In this document: one piece after another, positions 8,712-18,165 of the stretch
Layout of the letters: every line of letters begins with the position of its first letter
Position numbering within the stretch: position 1 is the stretch's first letter
From: Gemmatimonadota bacterium
GTDB taxonomy: Bacteria; Gemmatimonadota; Gemmatimonadetes; Longimicrobiales; Gaopeijiaceae
Direction: 5' to 3'
Length of the DNA: 64,000 nucleotides
Assembly (NCBI GenBank): GCA_034521595.1
Contig: JAXHMG010000003.1
Location: 2,976,001 to 3,040,000 of the forward strand
Translations under genes and position numbers: made by a program
The notes under the pieces: model-generated
Databases searched by the model: none
The model's input: the letters and a program-made list of their open reading frames with translations, nothing else
What the model was told of the DNA's origin: nothing

Positions 8712-10478
8712 TCACCGGCCGAGCGGCCCGGTCGGCCGAATGCACCATGGGCAGTACCGCCAACCGGGCTCCAGGCGCTCCCCGCATGCGCAAGCTCTCG
8801 CGGTGCGCCCGCCACACTGCGGGCATGCGAGGGCCCCGACGGGCACGGCGCCGTCACAGGTCGCGCACGAGCGAGTGGCTCCATCCGCGGCGCCAATCAA
8901 CCGTGTGATTTCGTGGGGCGTCGTCAGACCCGACGCCACCGCCCGGCGTGCATCGGCATCCATGCCCACCATGCCTCCTTCGCGGGCAAGGTGTCGGACA
9001 CGGGCGGACGAGCCGTTTCCCGAGATTTCGTCCCGGAGCGGATCGGTGATGGAGAGGACCTGAAACACCCCGGTGCGTCCCGCGTGTCCGTCGCCACATT
9101 CGTCGCAGCCGACGGCACGACAACGGGGGCATGACCGTCGCACGAGGCGTTGCGCCACCACGCCGGACAAGCCCCCCGAAACCAGGAACGGAGGCACGCC
9201 CATGTCCAGCAGTCGGGTGACGGCTCCGGGCGCGTCGGTCGTGTGAATGGTCGAGAGCACCAGGTGGCCGGTTACCGCCGCCGTCATCGCGATCTCGGCG
9301 GTCTCCCGATCGCGAATCTCGCCGACCATGACGACATCCGGGTCCTGCCGGAGCACGGCTCGGAGCGCCTCGGGAAAGCCCAAGCCCGAACGCCGGTCGA
9401 CCTGGATCTGGCTGGAGCCCGGAAGCCGATATTCCACCGGGTCTTCGAGGGTGACGACGTTCAAGGTGTCCCGGTCGAGCTCCGACAGGGCGGCGAAGAG
9501 CGTGGTGCTCTTCCCGCTGCCGGTGGGGCCGGCCGACAACACGACCCCCTCACCGCGCGCGACCAATCTGCGGAGCTCCTTCAGATCCGCGGGACGCATG
9601 CCGAGCTCGTCCAGGCTGCACGGCGCCGCATCGGAGTCGAGGATGCGAACCACCGCCTTTTCGCCTCCATTGACCGGCAAGGTGCTGATGCGAAGCGTGA
9701 GGCGGCGGCCCCCGTGCGTCAGGGGGATCCGGCCGTCCTGGGCACGCCTCCGCACCGAGATGTCCATGCCCCCGAGCACCTTCACGCGCGAGAGCACCGC
9801 ACGACGCGCGGCGGCGGGAAGCTCGAGGGCCTGCCGCAGGATACCGTCGATTCGGAAGCGCACGCGGACGTCGTCGCCCATCTCCTCGATGTGGATGTCG
9901 CTCGCCCCGGCGTCCGCGGCGTCACGCAGTAGGCGGTCCACGAGGCGCACCACCGGCGCGGTGCGGGTGGCTCGCTCCAACTCCCCGTCCGGCACGACCG
10001 GTCGGTCCTTGAGCTCGTCGGGGAGCGATTCGACGAGCTCGGCGAGCCCGCCCCCGTACGCCGCTTCGATCCCGTCGAGCACGGCGTCCGCGGACGCCGC
10101 GACGGGCTGCACGCGGCGGCCGGTCTGGAACTGCAGGTCGTCGATGGCCGTGAGGTCGAGGGGATCGGCCATGCAGACGTCGAGCGTACGCGGCTGCGCC
10201 GCGACGGGGAGCACGCAGTGAGCACGAGCCAGAGCGGGACGGACCGCGCGCACCGCGTCGGGATCGGGGGACAGCGGGGGCGGACGGTAGGGGATGGCGA
10301 GCTGGGCGGCCAGGGCGCGGGCCACGTCTTCCGCGGTGACGAAGCCGGCTCCCACCAGAGCCTCACCGATACGCTCGCCCCGTTGCCGAGCCCCCTCTAG
10401 CGCCTCTTCGAGCTGCGCTTGCGTCAGGCGGCCGGTCTCCACGAGGAGCTGCCCCAGAATCTTCGGTCTCGTGCCCAT
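8712..10478 (-). CDS. GspE/PulE/PilB-family secretion ATPase with MshEN-like N-terminus and C-terminal double zinc ribbon
   Basis: Walker A GPTGSGKSTT, TLEDPVEY, LRQDPDVVMVGEIRD, TGHLVLSTIHT. C-terminal CxxC pairs. Confidence 0.9.
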   Translation of the reverse strand: MGTRPKILGQLLVETGRLTQAQLEEALEGARQRGERIGEALVGAGFVTAEDVARALAAQLAIPYRPPPLSPDPDAVRAVRPALARAHCVLPVAAQPRTLDVCMADPLDLTAIDDLQFQTGRRVQPVAASADAVLDGIEAAYGGGLAELVESLPDELKDRPVVPDGELERATRTAPVVRLVDRLLRDAADAGASDIHIEEMGDDVRVRFRIDGILRQALELPAAARRAVLSRVKVLGGMDISVRRRAQDGRIPLTHGGRRLTLRISTLPVNGGEKAVVRILDSDAAPCSLDELGMRPADLKELRRLVARGEGVVLSAGPTGSGKSTTLFAALSELDRDTLNVVTLEDPVEYRLPGSSQIQVDRRSGLGFPEALRAVLRQDPDVVMVGEIRDRETAEIAMTAAVTGHLVLSTIHTTDAPGAVTRLLDMGVPPFLVSGGLSGVVAQRLVRRSCPRCRAVGCDECGDGHAGRTGVFQVLSITDPLRDEISGNGSSARVRHLAREGGMVGMDADARRAVASGLTTPHEITRLIGAADGATRSCATCDGAVPVGALACPQCGGRTARACACGERLEPGWRYCPWCIRPTGPLGR

Positions 10479-10539
10479 GCGTGAGGATGGCCCGGCGCAT
10501 TGGGCGGGCGGATGGCCGTTCGAGCCGGAAGCAGGGCGC

Positions 10540-11448
10540 TCAGGCTCCGAGGCATCTCCGCAGATACGGCGCTACGTCGCGCAGGTCGCGAAGCGCCGTC
10601 GCCTCTTCCCACCCCGGACCGGTCGCGAGGCCCAGCGCCGGGTTCCTCGTATGGCCCGCCCACACGTCCTCGAGATTCCCATGGTCGCTGGCAATGAAGA
10701 GAAGCGTGCCCCCAGCGAGGCTCTCCAGAACACCTTGAACGAATCGGTCGACCCGTTCGATCGCGGTCACCGCCGCGCTCATCTCGCGCGTGTGCCCGGC
10801 GGTATCCGTTCCGTAGTGGGCGTACAGGGTCAGGTCGTGATGGTTGGCGATCGCCGCGAGGTTGCGCCCCGCGTGCTCCGGCGTGACATCCGGTATTCCC
10901 GCACGGCCCAGGCGTTGCCGCCAGCCGTCGTTCACGATCTCGCTCGACACGGCCCGCCCCTGCTCCAGGGCTTCCTCGTGGCGATCGAGCAGGCCCGCGC
11001 CCCGCGCGGCGAGTGGCGGACCCGCGATCCGTCGGCTTCCGTTCGGTCCGGGCCATCCCCTGGGATACGCGTTCGCGAAGGCGGCGGCGCCTCCAGCCGT
11101 CGTCACCGCCCGAAGCACGCTTCGCTCCTCGACCAACGGTCTGAGCCGCACCGGGACCCACGGCCCGAAATGCCCACCGAAGAGCGTGCCCGCTTCGAGT
11201 CCGGTCAAAAGAGCGCTCTGCCCGGTCCCACTCTGCGGTGTTCCGTTCACCCCGAGTCCCGCGTCCAGCGGGAAGGCCGCTCCGTCGGGGCCGTGCCGGA
11301 CCGGTTCTTCCAGGTCGGGCGGCTCGCCGCCGAACAGGTGCGTGAGCGCGGGAGCACGCGCGCGCAGGAAGGGATTCCGCTCGGGATCGGAGGTGCCGAT
11401 TCCGACACCATCGAGGAATACGAAGAGGATGCGGGCGGGCCGTGCCAT
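10540..11448 (-). CDS. Alkaline phosphatase superfamily metalloenzyme (iPGM/phosphopentomutase-like)
   Basis: Motifs FLDGVGIG, PQSGTGQ, D.AGH, IASDHGNLED, HTRNP. Confidence 0.78.
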   Translation of the reverse strand: MARPARILFVFLDGVGIGTSDPERNPFLRARAPALTHLFGGEPPDLEEPVRHGPDGAAFPLDAGLGVNGTPQSGTGQSALLTGLEAGTLFGGHFGPWVPVRLRPLVEERSVLRAVTTAGGAAAFANAYPRGWPGPNGSRRIAGPPLAARGAGLLDRHEEALEQGRAVSSEIVNDGWRQRLGRAGIPDVTPEHAGRNLAAIANHHDLTLYAHYGTDTAGHTREMSAAVTAIERVDRFVQGVLESLAGGTLLFIASDHGNLEDVWAGHTRNPALGLATGPGWEEATALRDLRDVAPYLRRCLGA

Positions 11449-11488
11449 GGCGCGTGGGCCGGACCTCGCCGCGGAGCGGCGCTCCGGC

Positions 11489-12049
11489 CTACTCTCCCGG
11501 ACGGAGGTCCATGGTGATCTGGACCTGGATATGGCCCATGTCCGCGCGGTCTCTGAGCGCGTCCCGGATCCTGGGCTCCACCTTCTGGTACGCCGAGCGC
11601 ACGCCTTCCCTCAGCTCCTTGCGGAGCACCCGGAGCGCGTTCACGTCCGCGCGGCTGGTCTTGGTTTCCTTGCGGGCCTCGGCGATCTGGTAGGGGCGGA
11701 TCTCGAACGGCGTGACTCCGACGTCGTCGTGCCGGTCGTGATCCATGTAGTGGACCGAGATGCTCACGTCACCGCGGGCGTGATGGTGATGGATGTCGCC
11801 CACGGCCTGGAAACGCGATGCCAGCCGCCCGAGCTCGTTTCGTTGCGCGGCGTTGGTGTACGCCCGCTCGATGGTCGCGAAGACCCGCTTCATCCGTTCG
11901 GTGGTGGTCGCGTCGACATCGGGAATGTCCGTGTCGAGCTCACGACCGAGGGCCTGCCGGTCGGCGCTGTACTGGGCGCTTTCGGCGTCACGGTTCCTGG
12001 TCCGGTCGATGTTGTCGAGAATTCGGTCCGGGTTGGTTCGATAGCTCAT
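11489..12049 (-). CDS. Hypothetical protein (186 aa, MSYRTNPDRILDNID...)
   Basis: Host-like codon usage and a charged globular composition from ATG 12049. The upstream extension in the ORF track looks non-coding. Confidence 0.65.
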   Translation of the reverse strand: MSYRTNPDRILDNIDRTRNRDAESAQYSADRQALGRELDTDIPDVDATTTERMKRVFATIERAYTNAAQRNELGRLASRFQAVGDIHHHHARGDVSISVHYMDHDRHDDVGVTPFEIRPYQIAEARKETKTSRADVNALRVLRKELREGVRSAYQKVEPRIRDALRDRADMGHIQVQITMDLRPGE

Positions 12050-12367
12050 GGATCGCGGCGGCGCTGCGGGCTCGAGGAGCGGCCGAACTCGAGGCTCGAC
12101 CTCGCCCTTGACGATACACGGTCGGCATTCCTCGGCCAAGGGTGCTCCCTGTCCCACCGCCCACTCCCGTCCGGGCGCTCCGGCGCGCGCGAACGCCTCC
12201 GGGCCGTTGTTCTCGTGAGCGTTTTCCCTTGCGGAGGCGCCGTCCCCGTGATTCATTCCTTGGCTCCCGGGCTGCCGGAAGGCCTGCATTGTCGTCATCT
12301 TTCGACGCTTCCGCCGGGGCACACCGGGTCGCCCCCGTAAACCACACCATGCGCTGGAGAACTCCGC

Positions 12368-14245
12368 TTGAGCTCCGCCCGAGGTAAAATCACCGGGTTC
12401 GTGGTGGCCACGACGTCCGTGATCGCGGGTGTCTTCCATATGTACTCGGCCGGCGTTTCACCCTTCACTGCGTTGGTACAGCGACCCGTTCACCTCGGGT
12501 TGATGGCCATTCTCGGCTTCCTGGGCGTGGGGGTCCAGAAAGCCGTGACGAGCGACGAGAAGGCGACCCGCTTCACGCGAGCCGAGGCCGCTCTGGGCTG
12601 GGTGCTGGCGGGGCTCTCGGTGCTGGCGTGTGCGTACCTCGCGATCGAGAATAGGGAGCTCGTCGCCCGGTCGGGCAATCCGACGACGGCGGACCTCGCC
12701 TTCGGGGCTCTCCTCGTCGTGCTCGTTCTCGAGCTGACCCGCAGGGCGACCGGGTGGGGATTGGTGACCGTCTGTCTGCTGGCGCTCGGGTATAGCGCCG
12801 CCGGGCCGTACCTGCCGGGGATGCTCGCGCACCGGGGTTATCCGGCGACGCGGGTCGTCGAGCACCTCTACCTTTCCACGGAAGGGATTTGGGGCATTCC
12901 GTTGGGAGTGTCCGCCGATTTCGTCTACCTCTTCGTGCTGTTCGGCGCCGTGCTGGACGTGGCCGGCGGGGGGGCATTGCTCATCGCCCTGGCGAACAAG
13001 ATCGCGGGCCGCACCCGGGGCGGTCCGGCGAAGACGGCCGCCGTGGCGAGCGCGCTCATGGGTTCGCTCTCGGGGAGCGCGGTCGCGAACGTGGTGACCA
13101 CCGGCACGTTCACCATCCCGTTGATGAAGCGCGCCGGGTTCCGGCCCTTTTTCGCCGGAGCCATCGAGAGCGCCGCGAGCACCGGCGGACAGCTCATGCC
13201 GCCGGTCATGGGGGCGGGAGCGTTCATCCTCGCCACGTGGACGAACGTCCCGTATCTCGAAGTGGCCCTCGCGGCCGTGATCCCGGCGCTCCTCTACTAC
13301 GGAGCGCTGCTGGCGGCCATTCACTTCCGCGCGGCCCGGATGGGCATCGAGCCCGACAGGGAGCTCAACTCAGAGCGCGTGGTCGACCGGCTACACCTCC
13401 TTCTCCCGCTCGCCATCATCGTCCTGTTGCTCGGGATGGGCCGCTCACCGATGCGCGCGGCGTTCTGGGGCGTTGCCTCCGCGCTGATCATGGCCATCCT
13501 CCGTCCCGCCACGCGCCCGTCCAAGGGTGAGATGATCGAGATCATGGAGCGGGCGGGACGCGGTGCCGTCCAGGTCGCCGCGGCGTGTGCGGCGGCCGGC
13601 ATCGTGGTGGGGGTCGCGTCCCTCACCGGGATCGGGCTCCGCATGTCGGAGCTGATCATCACGCTGTCGGGTGGACACCTGCTCCCCGCGCTCGTATTGA
13701 CGGCGCTCGGCTCGGTCGTGCTGGGCATGGGGCTTCCGACCACGGCCGCGTACGTGGTTTTGGCCGCGCTGGGCGCTCCGGCGCTCGTCGAGTTGGGCGT
13801 GCCGATCCTCGCGGCGCACATGTTCATTTTCTACTTCGGCTGCATCTCCAACGTGACGCCGCCGGTATCCCTGGCGGCGTTCGCGGCGGCGGGCATCGCG
13901 GGCTCACCTCCCATCCGGACGGCGTTCACCGCGGCCGGGCTCGCCGGCGCCGGCTTCATCGTCCCGTTCATGTTCGTCTACGGGCCGGAGATCCTGCTCA
14001 TCGGTGAGCCGGTGGATATCGTGCACGCCGTCGTGACGGCATCGGTCGGTGTCCTCCTTCTCGCCACTTCGGTGGTCGGCTATGCACGTCGGCCGCTGGC
14101 GTGGTGGGAGCGGATCATTTCGTTCGGCGGTGCCATCTCACTCGTATATCCCCATCTTTTGACGGACGGGGTCGGCCTCGTGGTCGTTACGTATATCTTT
14201 CTCAAGTCCGAACGCGCTCGCCCGACGGAGGCAACAGCAACATGA
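12368..14245 (+). CDS. TRAP transporter fused permease (4TM/12TM)
   Basis: Highly hydrophobic. Motifs GGPAK, SGSAVANVVTTGTFTIPLMK, ASTGGQLMPPVMGAGAF, LGMGLPTTAAY, TPPV. Confidence 0.92.
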   Translation: MSSARGKITGFVVATTSVIAGVFHMYSAGVSPFTALVQRPVHLGLMAILGFLGVGVQKAVTSDEKATRFTRAEAALGWVLAGLSVLACAYLAIENRELVARSGNPTTADLAFGALLVVLVLELTRRATGWGLVTVCLLALGYSAAGPYLPGMLAHRGYPATRVVEHLYLSTEGIWGIPLGVSADFVYLFVLFGAVLDVAGGGALLIALANKIAGRTRGGPAKTAAVASALMGSLSGSAVANVVTTGTFTIPLMKRAGFRPFFAGAIESAASTGGQLMPPVMGAGAFILATWTNVPYLEVALAAVIPALLYYGALLAAIHFRAARMGIEPDRELNSERVVDRLHLLLPLAIIVLLLGMGRSPMRAAFWGVASALIMAILRPATRPSKGEMIEIMERAGRGAVQVAAACAAAGIVVGVASLTGIGLRMSELIITLSGGHLLPALVLTALGSVVLGMGLPTTAAYVVLAALGAPALVELGVPILAAHMFIFYFGCISNVTPPVSLAAFAAAGIAGSPPIRTAFTAAGLAGAGFIVPFMFVYGPEILLIGEPVDIVHAVVTASVGVLLLATSVVGYARRPLAWWERIISFGGAISLVYPHLLTDGVGLVVVTYIFLKSERARPTEATAT

Positions 14246-15180
14246 AGTTTACATCGAGATTCCTGGTCGCCGCGCTCGCTCTCGCTACGCTGACGGGATG
14301 TGGAGACGGCGGAGAACGCCGTTTCTTCTCACTCGGCACGGCAGGCACGGGCGGCATCTACTATCCCCTCGGCGGCGCGATCGCGAGCCAGCTCTCGGTC
14401 GCCGACTCCGTGCGGCAGTACACGGCGGAGGTGAGCGGCGGCTCGGAAGAGAACGTCAGCCGGCTCGCCCAGGGGCAGATCGACCTGGCCATGACCATCG
14501 GCATGACGGCGTACCAGGGGTACCACGGGGAAGGCAGCTTCGAGACCCCGGTGGAGGATCTGCGCGCGTTGGCGCCACTCTACCCGAATGTGACGCACAT
14601 TCTGGTGCCGAGGGACTCTCCCGCGCAGACGGTGGCGGATTTCGAGGGCATGCGCGTTTCGGTCGGATCGGCCGGAAGCGGCACGGAGACCCTGTCCCAA
14701 CACGTCCTGGCGGCGCACGGCCTGACCTATGACGACATCAACGAACGCTTCCTCTCGTTCGCGGAGTCGTCCGCGGCGTTGCAGGACGGCGCGATCGACG
14801 CCGCGATCATCTCCGTGGGCTACCCCGCCGCCGCAGTGCTCGAGGTGACCACCACCACGCCCATCCGTCTCCTCCCCGTCGAGGAGGACGTGATCGACGC
14901 GATGCTCGAGGAGCATCCGTACTACAGCCACGGCGAGATACCGTCCGGGGCGTACCGCGGGATGGAAGAGACGATCAGCACGCTCGCGGTCATGAACTGG
15001 ATCGTGGGAAGGGAATCACTGGACCCCGAGATCGTCGAGATCCTGCTCGACATCATGGAGAACGATCGTGCCGCGCTGGAAGACGTGCACGACATGGCGA
15101 GCCAGATCGACCTGAGCCTGATGGGCAGCCCTCCGATTCCCCTTCATTCCGCCGCCCAGGCGTGGTTCGACGCTCGCTGA
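14242..15180 (+). CDS. TAXI-family TRAP solute-binding lipoprotein
   Basis: ATG 14242 overlaps the permease stop. Lipobox LTGC, GTAGTGGIYYPLGG, VSVGSAGSGT, PIPLH. Confidence 0.9.
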   Translation: MKFTSRFLVAALALATLTGCGDGGERRFFSLGTAGTGGIYYPLGGAIASQLSVADSVRQYTAEVSGGSEENVSRLAQGQIDLAMTIGMTAYQGYHGEGSFETPVEDLRALAPLYPNVTHILVPRDSPAQTVADFEGMRVSVGSAGSGTETLSQHVLAAHGLTYDDINERFLSFAESSAALQDGAIDAAIISVGYPAAAVLEVTTTTPIRLLPVEEDVIDAMLEEHPYYSHGEIPSGAYRGMEETISTLAVMNWIVGRESLDPEIVEILLDIMENDRAALEDVHDMASQIDLSLMGSPPIPLHSAAQAWFDAR

Positions 15181-15218
15181 GCGACACGAGCGCACGCCTG
15201 CCGGCTACTGGACGAAAC

Positions 15219-18032
15219 GTGGCGAGCACAATACGTGAACAATGCGGGCGGCGAGCGGCTCTCGGGCTGCTCGCCGCCTCGATTCTCTGGCCCGCCGGGG
15301 CGGTCGCTCAGGACAAAGCCTCGCCCGACGACCACGCACCCGTGGCCGATACCGTGTCCGAAAAAGGTGCTCGCGTGGCGTCCGGCGGAGTCCAGCGGCG
15401 GACACCGGCGGACGCGCTCCACGCGGCCGCGCCGATGCCGGAGAGCTTGCGGATCGACGGGGTCATCGACGAGCCCGCGTGGGAGAACGCACGGGTCTTC
15501 ACGGACTTCGTTCAGGAGCAGCCCGTCGAGGGGGCACCGGTCGAGCACGAGACCGAAGTGCGCGTCCTCTTCGGCGACGGCGCGATCTGGGTCGCCGCGC
15601 GCATGTGGGACTCGGAGCCGGACCGCATCGTCGCGCAGCTCGACCGCCGGGACGACCGCGGCCAGTCCGACACGTTCAGCATGCACCTCGATCCCAACCT
15701 CGATGGGCTGACCGGCTACATGTTCGGCATCAGCGCTGCCAACGTGCAGCGTGACATGTACATGTACGATGACGACCAGCTCGACGGAGCTTGGGACGCG
15801 GTGTGGACGTCCAGCGTGCGGATCGACGATCAGGGCTGGACCGCCGAGTTCCGCATTCCCCTCTCCCAGATCCGCTACGAGGCTTCCGAGGAGCCTCAGG
15901 CGTGGGGAATCAATTTCTTTCGCGAGCGGAGCGCGAGCGCCGAGCGCAGCTACTACTCGCTGGTCTCCCAGCTTCGCCGGGGCCGGGTCAGCCAGATGGG
16001 CCGAATGGAAGGGGTCCGCGTCACGCGGCCTTCGCGCCGGCTCGAGGTGCTCCCCTACGCGGTGGCCAGCATGCACCGGGGGCCGGCCGAGCCGGGCGAT
16101 CCGTTCTTTTCCGGAAGCGCCGCGACGAGCCGTGTCGGTGCCGACGTGAGTTACGGGTTGGGGGCGGCCTTCACGCTCGACGCGACGGTCAATCCGGATT
16201 TCGGTCAGGTGGAGGCGGATCCCGCGGTGATCAACCTCTCCGCTTTCGAGACGTTCTTCGACGAGCAGCGTCCGTTCTTCGTGGAGGACGCCCGGATCTT
16301 CGACTTCGGGCTCTCGGGCGGGCGTAATCAGCTCTTCTACAGCCGACGCATCGGCCGTTCACCGAGCGGCGACGCGCCGGGTGACCCCACCTTCACGGAT
16401 ATCCCGGACAATACGTCCATCCTGGGTGCCGCCAAGCTCGCGGGCCGCACCTCGAGCGGGCTGTCCGTCGGAGTGCTCGGCGCGGTGACGGGTGCGGAAA
16501 CCGGTCGCTCGGCCTTCGAAGACGGCGCGCGGGAGGAGTTCCTCGTGGAGCCGCGTGCCGAGTACGGTGTGCTGAGCCTCGCGCAGGACTTCAACGGCGG
16601 AACCACGCAGATCCGAGGGATGGGGACGGCGATGCGCCGTGACCTGCCCGGGGACGGGGCGTTCGACTGGCTTCCGTCTTCCGCGTTCAACGGTGGGCTC
16701 CGCTTCGAGCATCAATGGAACGACCGGGAGTGGGCCCTCTGGGGATTCCTGGCCGGAAGCCACGTGCGTGGCGACGAGGAGGCCATCACCCGGATCCAGC
16801 GCGCGAGCAACCACTACTTCCAGAGGCCCGACGCCACGCGCTTCGCCCTCGACCCGACGGCCCGCTCGATGTCGGGCGCCGAGTGGCGTCTCCAGTTCGA
16901 GCGCCGGACTGGAGACCACTGGACGGGTGCGATCTGGGCGGCGGAGGTGACGAAAGGCTTCGAAATCAACGAAACCGGCTTCTCTGGCACCGCCGAGCGT
17001 GTGGATGGTGGTTTCCGCGTCGGCTATCGCGAGATCCAGCCCGGAGACCTCTTCCGGAACTACAACGTCACGTTCAGCACCTTCCACAACTGGAGCCACG
17101 AGGCGTTCGACGATACCTGGTCCCTCGATTCCTGGAAGAACGCACGCACCGGCGGCTCGTACAACGTGCGCGGGCACGCCGAGCTGCTGAACTACTGGGG
17201 GCTGCGCGCCAACGCCTCCTACCGTCCCCGGCAGATGAGCCGGTCGCGCACGCGGGGCGGACCCATGATGGTCGTGCCCGCCTCCACGAGCTTGCGCGTG
17301 AACGTCGACAGTGACCGCCGTAAGGCGGTGAGCTTCGGTACGAACATGGAGGTGAGCTCCGACCGCCGCGGCGACGGGGGGAGCTACCAGATCGGGGGCA
17401 ACCTGCGCGTCCGCCCGTCGAACAACGTCGAGGTATCGGTGAGCCCGCGGTTCGAGAGCTCGCGCTCGACGGACCAGTACGTCACCACCGTCCGGTCGGG
17501 CGATTTCGAGCCGACCTACGGGAACCGTTACCTCTTCGCCGACTTGGAGCGGCGCAGCTTCTCCATGGAAGGGCGCGTCAACTGGACGTTCACGCCCGAC
17601 GTCTCGCTCCAGGTGTTCGCGCAGCCGCTCCTCTCCTCGGGTGACTACGTACGGTACAAGCAGCTCGGGCGCGCCGAATCGTTCGACTTCGACGCCTTCG
17701 TGCCGGGCACCGGGCACGAAGTGGGCGGGGACGTACGCTGTGATGCCTCCATCTGTGAGCTCGACGGCACCCAGCACGTGGACTTCGACGGGGATGGCAC
17801 CGCGGACCATGCCTTCACCGATCGGGACTTCAACTTCCGGTCCCTCATCGGCAATGCGGTCTTGCGTTGGGAATACCGACCCGGGTCGACGGTCTTCTTC
17901 GTCTGGCAGCGCCAGCAATCTCAGCGAGCCGCGGTGGGCGACTTCGATCTTCGGCGCGATACCGATGCGCTCTTCGGCTTGCCCGCGGACAACCGATTCA
18001 TCATCAAGGTGAACTACTGGCTGGGGATCTAG
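15219..18032 (+). CDS. DUF5916 / CBM9-like domain outer-membrane protein
   Basis: Signal peptide, IDG.IDE..W, WTAEFRIP.SQ.RY, TVNPDFGQVEAD, E.RPFF.E, FYSRRIG. Start (GTG 15219) uncertain. Confidence 0.8.
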   Translation: MASTIREQCGRRAALGLLAASILWPAGAVAQDKASPDDHAPVADTVSEKGARVASGGVQRRTPADALHAAAPMPESLRIDGVIDEPAWENARVFTDFVQEQPVEGAPVEHETEVRVLFGDGAIWVAARMWDSEPDRIVAQLDRRDDRGQSDTFSMHLDPNLDGLTGYMFGISAANVQRDMYMYDDDQLDGAWDAVWTSSVRIDDQGWTAEFRIPLSQIRYEASEEPQAWGINFFRERSASAERSYYSLVSQLRRGRVSQMGRMEGVRVTRPSRRLEVLPYAVASMHRGPAEPGDPFFSGSAATSRVGADVSYGLGAAFTLDATVNPDFGQVEADPAVINLSAFETFFDEQRPFFVEDARIFDFGLSGGRNQLFYSRRIGRSPSGDAPGDPTFTDIPDNTSILGAAKLAGRTSSGLSVGVLGAVTGAETGRSAFEDGAREEFLVEPRAEYGVLSLAQDFNGGTTQIRGMGTAMRRDLPGDGAFDWLPSSAFNGGLRFEHQWNDREWALWGFLAGSHVRGDEEAITRIQRASNHYFQRPDATRFALDPTARSMSGAEWRLQFERRTGDHWTGAIWAAEVTKGFEINETGFSGTAERVDGGFRVGYREIQPGDLFRNYNVTFSTFHNWSHEAFDDTWSLDSWKNARTGGSYNVRGHAELLNYWGLRANASYRPRQMSRSRTRGGPMMVVPASTSLRVNVDSDRRKAVSFGTNMEVSSDRRGDGGSYQIGGNLRVRPSNNVEVSVSPRFESSRSTDQYVTTVRSGDFEPTYGNRYLFADLERRSFSMEGRVNWTFTPDVSLQVFAQPLLSSGDYVRYKQLGRAESFDFDAFVPGTGHEVGGDVRCDASICELDGTQHVDFDGDGTADHAFTDRDFNFRSLIGNAVLRWEYRPGSTVFFVWQRQQSQRAAVGDFDLRRDTDALFGLPADNRFIIKVNYWLGI

Positions 18033-18066
18033 TTCTCCAGAGCACACCCCGCATTGGATTCCGATC

Positions 18067-18165
18067 ATGGAAACCTTCGAGATCGTCGTGTTGGTCGTCG
18101 TCTTCTTCGGGTTCCTGGGGCTGATCGCCTATGCGGCGCGCCATGCGCGTTCCGGCGATGAGTGA
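18067..18165 (+). CDS. Small single-TM protein (32 aa, METFEIVVLVVVFFGFLGLIAYAARHARSGDE)
   Basis: Read by hand (below the ORF-track cutoff). One hydrophobic helix followed by a basic tail. Fills the gap and overlaps the next ATG. Confidence 0.5.
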   Translation: METFEIVVLVVVFFGFLGLIAYAARHARSGDE

